From contig CBDCSU010000006.1 of NCBI GenBank assembly GCA_965221775.1, positions 2,368,001-2,432,000 of the forward strand: DNA of 64,000 nucleotides, in the 5' to 3' direction. This stretch comes from Candidatus Latescibacterota bacterium. GTDB lineage: Bacteria; Latescibacterota; UBA2968; UBA8231. The notes below the pieces were generated by a model. The model was given only the letters and a program-made list of their open reading frames with translations. It was not told the DNA's origin and made no database searches. Of this stretch, positions 43,234 through 52,979 are shown in pieces; the first letter of the stretch is position 1, and each line of letters opens with the position of its first letter. The position numbers and the translations under genes are program-made.

Positions 43234-44305
43234 TGGAGTGGACCCTCCGAGAGGTCGCCGGGGTGCTGATGTTCCTCGGCGGCCCCCTCGTCATCGGCCT
43301 GCTCCCCTCGCTCGACCGGTGGTTGGCGCGCCGGCGCGAGAGGAGGGGCTGATGCCCAAGCCCATGATCGACCACGAGGCGCAGATCGTGCGCCCCATCA
43401 TCGACGAGCTCCCCGGTGGGCGCTTCCGGGGCCGGGTCGGGGGCTACCGCTCGACGCTGTTCACCCATGAGGAGGACGCGCAGGACTGGTGCGCCGACAT
43501 GGCTCACGAGGGTCTGCTGTCCGAGGGCGAGGACCCGGAGGACTGGGTTGTGCTGCCGGCCACCGTTCACATGGGAGGGAGCTGATGGCCTACCGTGCCG
43601 GCTTCCGCGCCATCCGCCGGGTGAGCGCCAACCCCACCTACCGGGAGTGCTGCCGCCAGGCTCACCGGACCGTGTGGCAGGCTCTGCGGTGCGATCCGGG
43701 CGCCGATTGGATCGAGTGCCCCCACGGGCGCAAGCACGACACCTGCCACGACTGCTACGCCGAGAGGAGGCGCTGATGGATTGGGCGCAGGTCACCCTGA
43801 TGACCGTGGTGCTTGTCGGCCCGGTCCTCGCCGTCGTGTTCGCCGTGCTGGAGTGGTGGACGTGGTGGCGCGACGAACGGCGGGGGGAGCATCCCCCGCG
43901 CCGGTGCGGGAGGCCGTCATGACCCTTCGCGCCAGGATCGTCGACGTGCGCCGCCGGATCGCCGAGGGGTGCGGGCTGGTAGCCTCGATCGAGGCCGCAT
44001 CCACCACGGACGCCGAGTACAACACCCTCATGGATCTGTGCAACGCCGCCTGTGAGGACGACTACGACGGGCCGGACATGACGGGGGATCAGGCTCTCGC
44101 GATCCTCGCCAAGATGGAGCCCGTCTGGCTCTACACCGTGGTCGAGGCTGAGATGTTCGGCTCCTCGGCCTGGCTGGTGGTGCGCGAGGACGGGGCCGTG
44201 TGCGGCTACCGGCACGGGCTGTATCCGGCCCTCGAGTACGCCGTCGAGCGCATGGAAGCCGACGAGCGCACACGCCACCTGTGGGAGGAAGCCCCTTGCC
44301 GCTGA
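43233..44305 (+). CDS. Five coupled small ORFs (43233-43352, 43352-43585, 43585-43776, 43776-43922, 43919-44305)
   Basis: Each has a TGATG/ATGA overlap and a ggagg RBS. Two are TM peptides and one is Cys-rich. Confidence 0.6.
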
Positions 44306-44359
44306 CGAGTGGGCCGGCCGGCGGGCCGGCTCCGAAATGCCCCTTCGGGGGCATACGGC
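44298..44359 (+). ncRNA. Type I hammerhead ribozyme
   Basis: Stem I gccg/cggc, CUGACGA, stem II closed by G-C (gggccggcc/ggccggctc), GAAA, stem III tgcccc-UUCG-ggggca and AUA cleavage triplet (cut after 44355). Confidence 0.85.
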
Positions 44360-44400
44360 TATCCCGCCGAGAGCACCCCGTATCCCTTCAGGAGGGAACC

Positions 44401-45069
44401 ATGACCACCTTGCAGGACATCCCGACGGCGGCGCGCCTGCGCGAGCTCGCCGCCCACGTGGAGAAGCTGCCCAGGCAGCCGCTGCGCAACGGCTGCTACA
44501 AGCCGTCGCACATGGGCACCGGCAGCCTCTACGCGCCGCCCCGCGGCTTCAACATGAGCACCTACGCCGCCGCTCACGCGGCGCCGGACGGGGGCCGGTG
44601 CAACACGGCGGCCTGCCTCGCCGGCCACGCCTGCTCCCTGTGGACCGATCTGCCGGCCCACAACTGGGACGCCCACCACGGACAGATCGCCCTGGGGCTG
44701 CGAGCCGCCGAGCGCAACTGCCTGTTCATCCCGCAGATCGCCACCCTCCACATGCGGCCCGAGGTGAACGGCACGCTGTCGGAGATCGAGCCGGCCACCG
44801 CCGCCGAGGCGTGCCGCCGGCTCGCCGACATCCGGGGCGCCGAGTACGTGCACGGCGAGCGGTGGGAGCACTGGCCGCAGTTCGCCGGCGCCCACGACAA
44901 CGCCGTGGAGCGCATGCTGACGCGGCGCCTGTGGGGCACCCTGGAGAGCCTGCGCGAGGACGCGGAGCTGTATGACGGCATCCTGTGCCCGACGTGCGGC
45001 GAGGACTTCACGCTCGACCTGGTCTGCCCGGTGTGCGACCTGCGCCGGGTGAGGGGGGCCGGCGGATGA
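44401..45069 (+). CDS. Hypothetical phage protein (paralog of 46222-46764)
   Basis: TAARLRELAAHVE...FNMS.Y...CNTAACLAG, with a C-terminal CxxC pair. Confidence 0.7.
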   Translation: MTTLQDIPTAARLRELAAHVEKLPRQPLRNGCYKPSHMGTGSLYAPPRGFNMSTYAAAHAAPDGGRCNTAACLAGHACSLWTDLPAHNWDAHHGQIALGLRAAERNCLFIPQIATLHMRPEVNGTLSEIEPATAAEACRRLADIRGAEYVHGERWEHWPQFAGAHDNAVERMLTRRLWGTLESLREDAELYDGILCPTCGEDFTLDLVCPVCDLRRVRGAGG

Positions 45070-45272
45070 TCCGGAATCGGAAGCGCCGTCAGCACCTGGA
45101 GCAGTTCGGCATCGACGGCACCGGCACGGAGACCGACCTGTCGGCTCGCGCCGCACGCCGCTACCAGCTGGCGAAGGCCGGCCATCAGTTCGCGTGGCCG
45201 TCCTACCTGTGCGGCGAGGAGCTGCCGTGTGGGATGTGCGACGCCTGCGTTCGAGGGGGGGTGTTGGACTGA
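45066..45272 (+). CDS. Small Cys-rich protein
   Basis: ATGA-coupled; PCGMCDAC. Confidence 0.55.
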   Translation: MIRNRKRRQHLEQFGIDGTGTETDLSARAARRYQLAKAGHQFAWPSYLCGEELPCGMCDACVRGGVLD

Positions 45273-45640
45273 TGGCCATGACCATGACCCCCCTTCGGGC
45301 TCTGCGTGCCGCGCGCCGGCTGCTGACCGACAACCGGAAGTGGTGCCAGGGGGCTTCGGCCCGTGACTACGACGGGCGCGCAACCGACGTGCATGACCCC
45401 CACGCCGTGGCCTGGTGCGCCGGCGGCGCCCTGTGGAAGGTGGTCCCCGGAACCCTGCACGGCATCGACAACGACGTGTGCGATCGCGCCCTCCAGCGGC
45501 TGTGCGAGGCCGCCACGGGGGAGACGGAGGCGAAGGCCGGCGCCGCCAACCTCAACGACGACAGCGACCACGTGGCCGTGCTGGCGATGTACGACAAGGC
45601 CATCCGCTTCGAGGAGTGGGAGGAGGAAATCTACGCATGA
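45272..45640 (+). CDS. DUF6197-like phage protein
   Basis: LRAARRLL...WCQG...WCAGGAL...NDD..H..VLA.YDKAI. Confidence 0.7.
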   Translation: MAMTMTPLRALRAARRLLTDNRKWCQGASARDYDGRATDVHDPHAVAWCAGGALWKVVPGTLHGIDNDVCDRALQRLCEAATGETEAKAGAANLNDDSDHVAVLAMYDKAIRFEEWEEEIYA

Positions 45641-45983
45641 CCACCCTGGAAGCTCTCCGCGCCGCGCGCCGGCTCATCACGGACCCCCGGCACTGGTGCC
45701 GGAGGTCCTCGGCGAGAGAGGCCGACGGCACCAACTGCTCTGTCCACCACCCTGGGGCTCGCAAGTTCTGCGCCGCCGGCGCCCTCTGGAAGGTCACCAA
45801 CAGCTACCTCGGCGCCGAGCGCGAGGACGGCATCTCCGAGGCCGCTTCCCTGCGGCTTGCGAGGCGGCCGGCATGAAGATCGTCGACTTCAACGACGCGG
45901 ACACCACGGACCATGTGGCGGTCCTCGCCGCCTACGACAAGGCCATCCGCTTCGAGGAATGGGAGGAGGAGATCTACGCATGA
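45637..45983 (+). CDS. DUF6197-like tandem paralog, frameshift near 45850
   Basis: Same motifs split over two frames; C-terminus YDKAIRFEEWEEEIYA is identical. Confidence 0.65.
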
Positions 45984-46225
45984 GCACGATTCGCGTCAGC
46001 GTCAGCAGCACCACCGTGGTGCAGATCGAGAACAAGGACGCCGAGCCTCTGCTCTCGATCATGGCGCAGCCCGACAACGCCCGGCCCTTCGTGTTCGTGC
46101 ACGAGGGCGCCGAGACGACGGTCCAGCCGTCCGACAACGGGAAGCAGCTCCACAGCCGCAACGCCACCGGCCACACCGTCGACGGCGGGATCGTCGTCAC
46201 CGTGGAGGAAGGAGACGGCTCGTGA
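45980..46225 (+). CDS. Small beta-rich hypothetical protein
   Basis: ATGA-coupled with RBS ggagga. Confidence 0.6.
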   Translation: MSTIRVSVSSTTVVQIENKDAEPLLSIMAQPDNARPFVFVHEGAETTVQPSDNGKQLHSRNATGHTVDGGIVVTVEEGDGS

Positions 46226-46764
46226 ACTTCCCCACCCACCCCGTCACCGTGGCCCGGCTCCGGGAGTTGGCCGGCCACGTCGAGGAGATGCAGCACCTGC
46301 GCTTGGTCCTGGTCGACGCGCCGCCGGTCGAGGGGGCCGTCGTGTCCACGATCGCGGGGGGTCCCGAGCACTTCGACGCCTTCAACATGTCTCGGTACGC
46401 CGTCGACACCGAGTGCGGCACGGTGGGCTGTCTCGCCGGGCTCGCGTGTGGCAAGTGGGCCGAGGACGCCGACTCGTCGTGGTGGGGGTTCGCCAGCGGC
46501 ATGCGGGCGCTGCGCTTGGACACGCAGAACAAGGAGCAGTGCGAGTGGGCGCAGGCTCTGTTCGCGCCGCCGATGGGCGACATCGAGCTCGAGAGGCTGA
46601 AACCGACGACGGCGGCTCGCGCCTGCCGACGCTTGGCGGGCCTGCTGCACGCGATCGGGCAGTCGGGCCGGCCGTGGCAGTGCCACACGGACGCGGAGAC
46701 GCTCGCCGACGCGCTGTGGGGTCCCGAGGAGATCCTCTATCACGACGAAAGGAGCCCTGTCTGA
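46222..46764 (+). CDS. Hypothetical phage protein (paralog of 44401-45069)
   Basis: TVARLRELAGHVE...FNMSRY...CGTVGCLAG. Confidence 0.7.
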   Translation: MNFPTHPVTVARLRELAGHVEEMQHLRLVLVDAPPVEGAVVSTIAGGPEHFDAFNMSRYAVDTECGTVGCLAGLACGKWAEDADSSWWGFASGMRALRLDTQNKEQCEWAQALFAPPMGDIELERLKPTTAARACRRLAGLLHAIGQSGRPWQCHTDAETLADALWGPEEILYHDERSPV

Positions 46765-47528
46765 TGCAGATTCGCAGCCTCAAGCCAGTGCGCGGCGTGC
46801 TGGTGCGGATCCATACGCACCTGCGCAACGAGCCGAGTGCCGAGGACATCCGCACGTCGATCTCCGCCGACGAGTGCCGGCTCACGGTCTCGCATTCGGT
46901 CAACGATCCGGTGCCGCACGTCGACGACCTGCTGAGGATGTGGGCCGAGCACTACGTGCGGTGCCACAAGGTGGGCGTCACCGGCCTCGAGTACCGCATG
47001 CTGCCCGAGGAGGGCAGCGACCTTCTCATGGCCGTCCGCTTCGACGGCGATCCTTCTGACTGAAAGGAGCCCCATGACCACCTTCGATCCCCCCACCAAG
47101 TCCGACGCCGTGGTGCTGCGCGAGTTCTTCCGGCGCGACGGGCAGACCCTCGACCAGTTCCACGAGGAGCTGAAGGCTGGAGCCGGCCGACAAGCAGGAG
47201 TTGGCCGCGCTGGCGCGGGAGGAGCTGGCCGCGTGATCGCCAAGGACGTACAGGCCGTGCTGAACTCCGCCCGGCGCTGGCTGGAGGCCGCCGAGGCGGA
47301 CGACGCCGACGCGATGGCGGAGGCCGACGAGGACCTGCACCAGTGCATGGAGGAGGCGCAGCGATGACCTGTCACTGCTGCCACGCCGAGACCCCCGATC
47401 CCCTGCACCGGGTCCTCGACGGCGAGGTGAGGCACGTCTGCGAGCCGTGCGCGGAGAGCATCGACGAGGCGTTGGTCCTCGACGGGCTCAGTGCCAACCC
47501 CGCTGATCCCGTCCTGAAGGGCGGGTAG
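46764..47528 (+). CDS. Three small ORFs (46764-47063, 47074-47367, 47364-47528)
   Basis: Coupled starts with RBS; the last is a CxxC...CxxC zinc-finger peptide. Confidence 0.55.
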
Positions 47529-47591
47529 GTGCCGAAACGCGGGGGCCGACCGGCCCCCGCTTCGACGGGCCGCTCCCGTCCTGACGATGGC
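47508..47591 (+). ncRNA. Variant/degenerate hammerhead ribozyme
   Basis: gcc-GAAA-c-10bp stem III-UUC-gacggg. Stem I can pair with upstream cccgtc-CUGAAG (A9 missing) or downstream cccgtc-CUGACGA-u-ggc. There is a 15.2/16.2 mismatch. Confidence 0.55.
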
Positions 47592-47636
47592 TTCGCCGGG
47601 GTCGCTCCCCGGCCCACATCCCACTACGGAGGGAAC

Positions 47637-48272
47637 ATGCACGACATCGAGATCGCCCCGATCCGGCCGGAGAAGTGGCCGGACGACGCGAGGGCCTGGA
47701 CGCGGTCCACGGCCGATTTCCGGCTCAACGAGCGCCTGGGGTCCGCCCTGGCGCTGACCGTGGCCGGCGAGGACTGGTGGGTGGACGGCGCCGCCTGCTT
47801 CAAGGGGACGTGCCCGAAGGGCTACCAGAAGCGGCTGATGGCCGGCCGGCGCTGGCTCGATAACCCGGACCCGGCCGGCAAGGAGGCCGCGGAGAAGATG
47901 GTCCTGAGGCTGATGAACGAGGAGCTGTCGGACCCGCGCCGGTTCGTGCCCGCGTTCACCCGGATCAAGCCGCACCACTCGGGCCGCGGCGAGCAGCACA
48001 TCGACGTGTTCGTGCCGAAGGGGGCCACGAACCTGATCAAGTGGCGCCCCTTCGAGGCCCGCTACGTCGGGTTCGCGCTGCGCCGCTTCCGGGGCTGCCG
48101 GTTCACCCTCGGCAACAAGGGCGACACCCTGATCGTGCGCGACGACACCGGGGCGATGGTGGGCGCCATCATGCGGATGTCGATCCCGGCCGACGAGCGC
48201 CGGGGCGGGAAGCGCAAGCGCAGCGTCAACGGGGTCGTGCCGGAGCCGACGGAGGCCGCGCAGGCCGCGTAG
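47637..48272 (+). CDS. Hypothetical phage-like protein
   Basis: RBS ggaggg and high-GC3 codon usage. Confidence 0.65.
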   Translation: MHDIEIAPIRPEKWPDDARAWTRSTADFRLNERLGSALALTVAGEDWWVDGAACFKGTCPKGYQKRLMAGRRWLDNPDPAGKEAAEKMVLRLMNEELSDPRRFVPAFTRIKPHHSGRGEQHIDVFVPKGATNLIKWRPFEARYVGFALRRFRGCRFTLGNKGDTLIVRDDTGAMVGAIMRMSIPADERRGGKRKRSVNGVVPEPTEAAQAA

Positions 48273-48354
48273 AGCCCTTCAGGAGACCGAAATCGGGGGC
48301 GGGCCTGGGTGCCCGCCCTCATTCCCTTCTCTCACGAACCAAGGAGACGGAACA

Positions 48355-48594
48355 GTGAACAAGGAGCGACGGGACCGGATCAGGGGGCTGCGCGACGAGC
48401 TCAACGCGATCCGGACGCAGATCGACGACATCGAGGCGGAGGAGCGGGAGGCGTTCGACAACCTCCCCGAGAGTCTGCAGTACGGCGAGCGCGGCGAGAC
48501 CCTGAGCGCCGCCGCCGACAGCCTCTCCGAGGCGTCCGAACAGATGGACGCGGCCGCCACCCAGCTGGAGGAAGTCATCGGGGAGGGGAGCTGA
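48355..48594 (+). CDS. Conserved small phage helical protein
   Basis: MNKERRDRI...EEREAFDNLPESLQYGERGE resembles a widespread phage family (from recall). Confidence 0.75.
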   Translation: MNKERRDRIRGLRDELNAIRTQIDDIEAEEREAFDNLPESLQYGERGETLSAAADSLSEASEQMDAAATQLEEVIGEGS

Positions 48595-48595
48595 C

Positions 48596-49378
48596 ATGCC
48601 GCAATACTACTTCCCCGCGCCCCTGGCCGAGGAGTTCACCGGCACCCCGGACACCACCGACATCATCTCGATCTACAAGGTGACCGGCGCGGCGCACGCG
48701 CCCTACTGGCAGGCGCAGGACTCGCGCGGATTCGTGAAGGCGGAGTGGACCCCGCCGGCGCCGCTGCGCGAGGACCTGCCGGAGACCGAGCGACGGAATC
48801 TGCTGGTGGCGTGGGCGCAAGCCTACGAGCGCAGCGACCTGGTGGAGACGCCGCCGACCGGGCAGCCCGCTTGGGTGTTCGTGCATCTGCACAGCGTCAC
48901 CGCGCCGGGCAACCCCTTCTACATGTACGCGGCAGTGAGGCCGAAGGCGGGACAGGCGTTCGAGCACATCCTGCGCTACGCCTCCTACGGCCGTCCGCAG
49001 GACTGGGACTGGCTGTTCCGCGACCTGGAGGACGGCGAGGAGCATAAGCGCGGCGAGCGGCCCCTGCAGCCCGAGTTGGCCCGGCTGCCGGAGCGCGATC
49101 TCGACGCCGAGAGCAAGACCGCGCTGCCCGACGGGTCCTCCATGACCGTCCTGGCTTCGTGGCCCAACGGCTACCGGTGCTACGAGAAGCAGACCGGCAA
49201 CGAGCGCTACGAGTGGCCGGACGGGAGCGCCATCACCGTCCAGGGGCAGGTCGCTTGGGACTTCGGGTTCTACCGCGACCGGCTCGCCGATCAGGCCGTG
49301 ATCGAGGCATGCGGCGACGACGTGGCCCCGATGTTCGCGTGGCCGGGAGAGGTGGCCGTGGCTGGCGAGCTGACCTGA
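48596..49378 (+). CDS. Hypothetical protein (paralog of the IS-interrupted gene 49484/52357-52979)
   Basis: Shared LA.EFTG.P, AWVFV.L, YAAVRP.AG.AF.H.L, DWDWL, DGSAI and AVIEAC. Confidence 0.75.
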   Translation: MPQYYFPAPLAEEFTGTPDTTDIISIYKVTGAAHAPYWQAQDSRGFVKAEWTPPAPLREDLPETERRNLLVAWAQAYERSDLVETPPTGQPAWVFVHLHSVTAPGNPFYMYAAVRPKAGQAFEHILRYASYGRPQDWDWLFRDLEDGEEHKRGERPLQPELARLPERDLDAESKTALPDGSSMTVLASWPNGYRCYEKQTGNERYEWPDGSAITVQGQVAWDFGFYRDRLADQAVIEACGDDVAPMFAWPGEVAVAGELT

Positions 49379-49475
49379 CGAACAACGGCGGCTCCAAGCC
49401 GTCCTGAGCGCCGGAAACGGGCGGGCACCCCGGGTGCCCGCCCTCACCAACCTCTCTCACAACCCGCAAAGGACC
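49375..49475 (+). repeat. Conserved structured intergenic motif (copies at ~48285-48345 partial, 49375-49475, 52981-53085)
   Basis: CTGACGA..acggcggct.caagccgtc.tgagcgccGGAAA-gggcggg.acc/ggtgcccgccc-TC..ctctcac..aagga. Confidence 0.85.
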
Positions 49476-49713
49476 TGGAAATCATGGCGATCCATTTGGG
49501 AATTATATACGAGTTTAGCCTTGGGCCTCATGGGAACCCGTCGTACATACGGGCGCGGACTGCTTCCGCCTGTGCGGTATGTCGGGTCGCCCCTCGAATA
49601 GAACAGCCTTCGGGCGAATAGGGGGGAACTTCCCGCGAAAGCGAGGCAGTCCGCAAACGGCCCGGCGCCACGCGGGAGCGCCGGCCCCACCCCCTCACCC
49701 AAGGAGGCGGACT

Positions 49714-50252
49714 TTGCGGACTGCCCTGATCTTCTCAACCCTGCTTCTCATGGCGTGCCAGGGCCGCCCGGCCCCGTAGGACCCTCAGGCCCTCCGTCCA
49801 GAGCCAAGGCGACGACCGATCAACAGGAGACGGCCGAGTGTATCGTGAATGAGATCACGATCACCGGCGACAACGTGCAGGTGCATGGGCTGTCCGTGGC
49901 GGACTCGGTGTACTACGCACGAGACACCCTGGAAGTCACGTCGGCGTTCTCCCTGATCACCTTCGACCTCAACTACTCCACGGACATCGACCAAGGGTCC
50001 CGGAAGGGCTGGGCCTACTACGATGACGCCATCGTCGCGGATGAAGTCCAGGGGGTTTTTCTGGCGGCCACGGGAGGCTACCAGGACCCGAGCGAATGGC
50101 AGCCGTTCAACCTGCTGGCAGCAGAGGAGGCCGGGTCCGACGAGACGCCGGAGTATGAGCTTGAAGACGGGGAGATCTACATCTCAGACCCGGACGATGT
50201 ACTGGCGTCCGAGTACGACGGGACACCGGGGCGTACAGGCGCTTCGTGGTAA
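49714..50252 (+). CDS. Collagen-like lipoprotein passenger (frameshift near 49762)
   Basis: RBS aaggagg, LLLMAC lipobox, then GPVGPSGP in another frame. Confidence 0.55.
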
Positions 50253-50261
50253 CGATCCTGT

Positions 50262-50453
50262 CTATCCCGGCCCAGTGAGTTCTTCACGCGGGTCAGGCGC
50301 CTTGTCAGCGTAGGCGTCTGACCCGCGCTTCAGGTACCGCCAGTTCTTCTTGGGCGGCCCCGCCATGCAGGCCCGGGCGATCTCCTCCGGTGGAGCCGGG
50401 ATCTTCTCCGGCATCACGTGCTTGGGTGGGCGGCCGCGCTTGCGCTTCGACAT
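50262..50453 (-). CDS. Small IS1595-associated protein
   Basis: MPEKIPAPPEEIARACMAGPPKKNW resembles short ORFs recalled next to IS1595. Confidence 0.55.
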   Translation of the reverse strand: MSKRKRGRPPKHVMPEKIPAPPEEIARACMAGPPKKNWRYLKRGSDAYADKAPDPREELTGPG

Positions 50454-50474
50454 GATCCAGAATCCCCCCCCTTC

Positions 50475-50747
50475 TTATCGGCGGCGGTAGATGTCGTGCG
50501 GGCCAACGGCTAGGGCTTTGGCTACTTCGGCATCACCGACCTCGAAAATGAATCTGAACTTGTCATTGAGCCTAACGCCGTGGCAACCCTTCCATGGACT
50601 TTCTAGGGTTTCCAGGTTTCGCCCTGGCGGAACCACCCCACAGATCAACTCGGACATGGCTGAAGCCAACTCAGTTTTCATTCTGGGGGGAAGAGATCGG
50701 ACGGCTTTTTCGAACTTTTTTGGTATATCGAAGGAGGATACCTGCAT
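50475..50747 (-). CDS. RelE/ParE-superfamily toxin
   Basis: 90 aa; FEKAVRSLP...HGVRLNDKFRFIF...AVGPHDIY. Confidence 0.7.
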   Translation of the reverse strand: MQVSSFDIPKKFEKAVRSLPPRMKTELASAMSELICGVVPPGRNLETLESPWKGCHGVRLNDKFRFIFEVGDAEVAKALAVGPHDIYRRR

Positions 50748-50748
50748 A

Positions 50749-51216
50749 TCACTCCTTCGTTTCGAGCAGTCGGAGAAGCTCCTCCCCGCTGTGCACTCGG
50801 TGTGCAACAGGGGAGGCCCGGCCGTCATGGATCATGATGGCCCAACGCAGCTCTTGTAGAGTTTCGGCGAAGTGACCAAGCACGAGAACCATGGATCTCT
50901 TTTCGTGCGGTGACATCTCTCGCGGGACTCGACCCAGTTGCTTCACGGAAGGCCCTCCGACCAGACGATCACGCTCTTCGCAGAAGTAATCCTCAGCCTT
51001 CTTCAGCAGGTCCTTTGCGGCATCGTCAGGGTCCAATTCTTGCTCAGAAGGACATGCCTCTACGAGTCTCATAAACCCATTTGCGAAGTTGTCCATCATC
51101 TGCAGAAGGAGTGCGTATTCGTTCTGATTCTGATAGAACCAGCGAACCGCATGGACAACGTGGTGCACGCTGTCCTTATCCATCATGGGTGAGTCATGAG
51201 CTACGGCCATGCTCAT
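50749..51216 (-). CDS. Putative cognate antitoxin
   Basis: Lies directly upstream of the toxin and is lower in GC; C-terminus HSGEELLRLL. Confidence 0.55.
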   Translation of the reverse strand: MSMAVAHDSPMMDKDSVHHVVHAVRWFYQNQNEYALLLQMMDNFANGFMRLVEACPSEQELDPDDAAKDLLKKAEDYFCEERDRLVGGPSVKQLGRVPREMSPHEKRSMVLVLGHFAETLQELRWAIMIHDGRASPVAHRVHSGEELLRLLETKE

Positions 51217-51320
51217 GGAGAGGGCTCCTCATCGAGGGGTTTTCAGGGTCCCATGGTACGGACGGAAACAGCCGAGCACCAAGCTGCACAAAGTAGATCT
51301 GCCCGGATGGTCACCCCCGG

Positions 51321-52300
51321 TCAGATCGCCTCACGCCGCCAAGTGGCGGACGGCTTGATCAGGTCCTTGTACCGCAGCCTCTTGAAGGCCCCTGCCCGGA
51401 CCATGCCGCGCATCTGGTCGATGGTGTCCTGGGGCCGCTGGTTGTGCCGGCCCTCGAACTCCGCGACGTAGCGCGGCAGGTGCTTGGGGCTCATCCCATG
51501 GTAGGTGCCGTGGTACCCGCGCTTCAGCATGGACCAGAAGCTCTCCAGGCCGTTGGTGTGCGCTTGGCCGTCCACCCAAGCGCCGACGGAGTGCTTGCAT
51601 GCTTGCAGGTCTGGCGTTTCCGGAGGCCCTCGTAGGACGCGTTCTCGTCAGTGTACTTGTCGGCGTCCGGCTCCACGTGGGCCGCGACGAAGCCGTGCAA
51701 GCTGGCCTTGGTGCCGTCCGGCAGCACCCTGGCGCGAACCTCATTGGTCTGGCGGTCCTTGGCGCCTACCACGATGGCCTTGCCCACGGCCCCACGTCCG
51801 GCATGGAGCTTCTTCGCGGCGTGCTTGTTGCCCTCCAAGCCGCCCACGTACGTCTCATCCAACTCGACCGGCCCGTCCATCGGCTCAGGGTCTCGGGTGG
51901 AGTCGGCCCACGTCTCCCGGATGCGGTGCGCCAAGTGCCACGCGGTCTTCTGAGTGACGCCCAGGTCGCGGTGCAGTTTCATGCTGGACGTGCCCTTCAA
52001 GCCGGTAGCCATCAGGTAGAACGCCCAGGCCCAAACCTTGAAGCCCAGCTTGGAGCCCTGCATGACGGTCCCGGTCTTCACCGAGAAGTGCCGCCGGCAG
52101 CCCCGGCAACGGTAGGGCTGCGGCTTCCGGCTCGCCACGGTCTGGATATTCAACGAACCACAGTGGGGGCAGGCAACTCCGTCCGGCCACCTGGTCTGCG
52201 CGAACCACGCCTCCGCGGCCTCGTCCGTAGGGAACTTCTCTCCCAACTCGATCAGGGTCAACCCCTCGCGGTAGTGCTTGCCGGGTGCGCTCTGTGCCAT
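51321..52300 (-). CDS. IS1595 (ISXO2-like) DDE transposase, frameshifted near 51600
   Basis: RWPDGVACPHCGS zinc ribbon, VELDETYVGG, YTDE, HTNGLESFW and KHLPRYVAEF. Confidence 0.92.
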
Positions 52301-52356
52301 GCTCCATGCTCTCCGATTTATGGAAGCAATTTAGCCAGGGCGCAGGCGTCAAGGGG

Positions 52357-52979
52357 GCCCCCCACCTCGCCGGCGAGTTCACCGGCTACCCGGAGGAAAC
52401 GGAGTTGGTGCTGGTGCGCAGCCTCAGCACCCTGCCCAACACCTGGGAGGCCATCGAAACGATCCCCCGGCCCTACGGGATGCTCGCGTGCGCCACGCTG
52501 ACGGCCGAGGGGGGGTGGAGCCCTTCACCGAGGACGACCGCAAGGACCTGCTGACCAAGTGGGCGGCAGAGTTCGACCGGCTGCGCGGCGAGGATGTGGC
52601 CCCGGTGGCCGCCTGGGTGTTCGTGGAACTGGCGCGACGGGGCACGACGCGCTACTACGCAGCGGTTCGACCGAGCGCCGGCGATGCCTTCGCCCACGTA
52701 CTCCACCACCGCTGCCACTACCGGCACGAGGACTGGGACTGGCTCCACGTCGAGAACGGCAACCGCCTGCCCGGCGTGCCGAAGCCGACCCGCTCCCCGG
52801 ACAGTGCCTACGATCGCTTCGAGTGGGGAGACGGCTCCGCCATCGTGGCCGACAGCTTCACGTGGTGGTTCGGCTTCCACTGGGGTCGCCTCACCGAGGA
52901 GGCCGTGATCGAAGCCTGCAGGGAGGTGGCCCCGGAGTGGGCCAACCCGGCGGAGGTCCACCTGCCGAGGGCAAGCTGA
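52357..52979 (+). pseudogene. 3' part of IS-interrupted paralog of 48596-49378
   Basis: Homologous motifs; additional frameshift near 52510. Confidence 0.7.

Larger units (their letters stand above)
49498..52353 (-). mobile_element. IS1595-family element with passenger genes, inserted into an array gene
   Basis: GGGAATTATATAC end at 49498 splits ATG GCG ATC CAT TT from the ...PHLAGEFTGYP continuation at ~52357. The other end is degenerate. Confidence 0.75.

Noticed and set aside
49385-49412. Twister or pistol ribozyme (ggctccaagcc / ctgagcg resemble their loops)
   Set aside because: I could not find the required pseudoknot partners or P1/P2 stems.
7700-52520. Frameshifts (~7724, 20667, 39059, 45850, 49762, 51600, 52510) as programmed frameshifting or phase variation
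   Set aside because: Those I could inspect are 1-bp indels in short homopolymers with otherwise intact flanks. Sequencing error or decay is more parsimonious and needs read checking.
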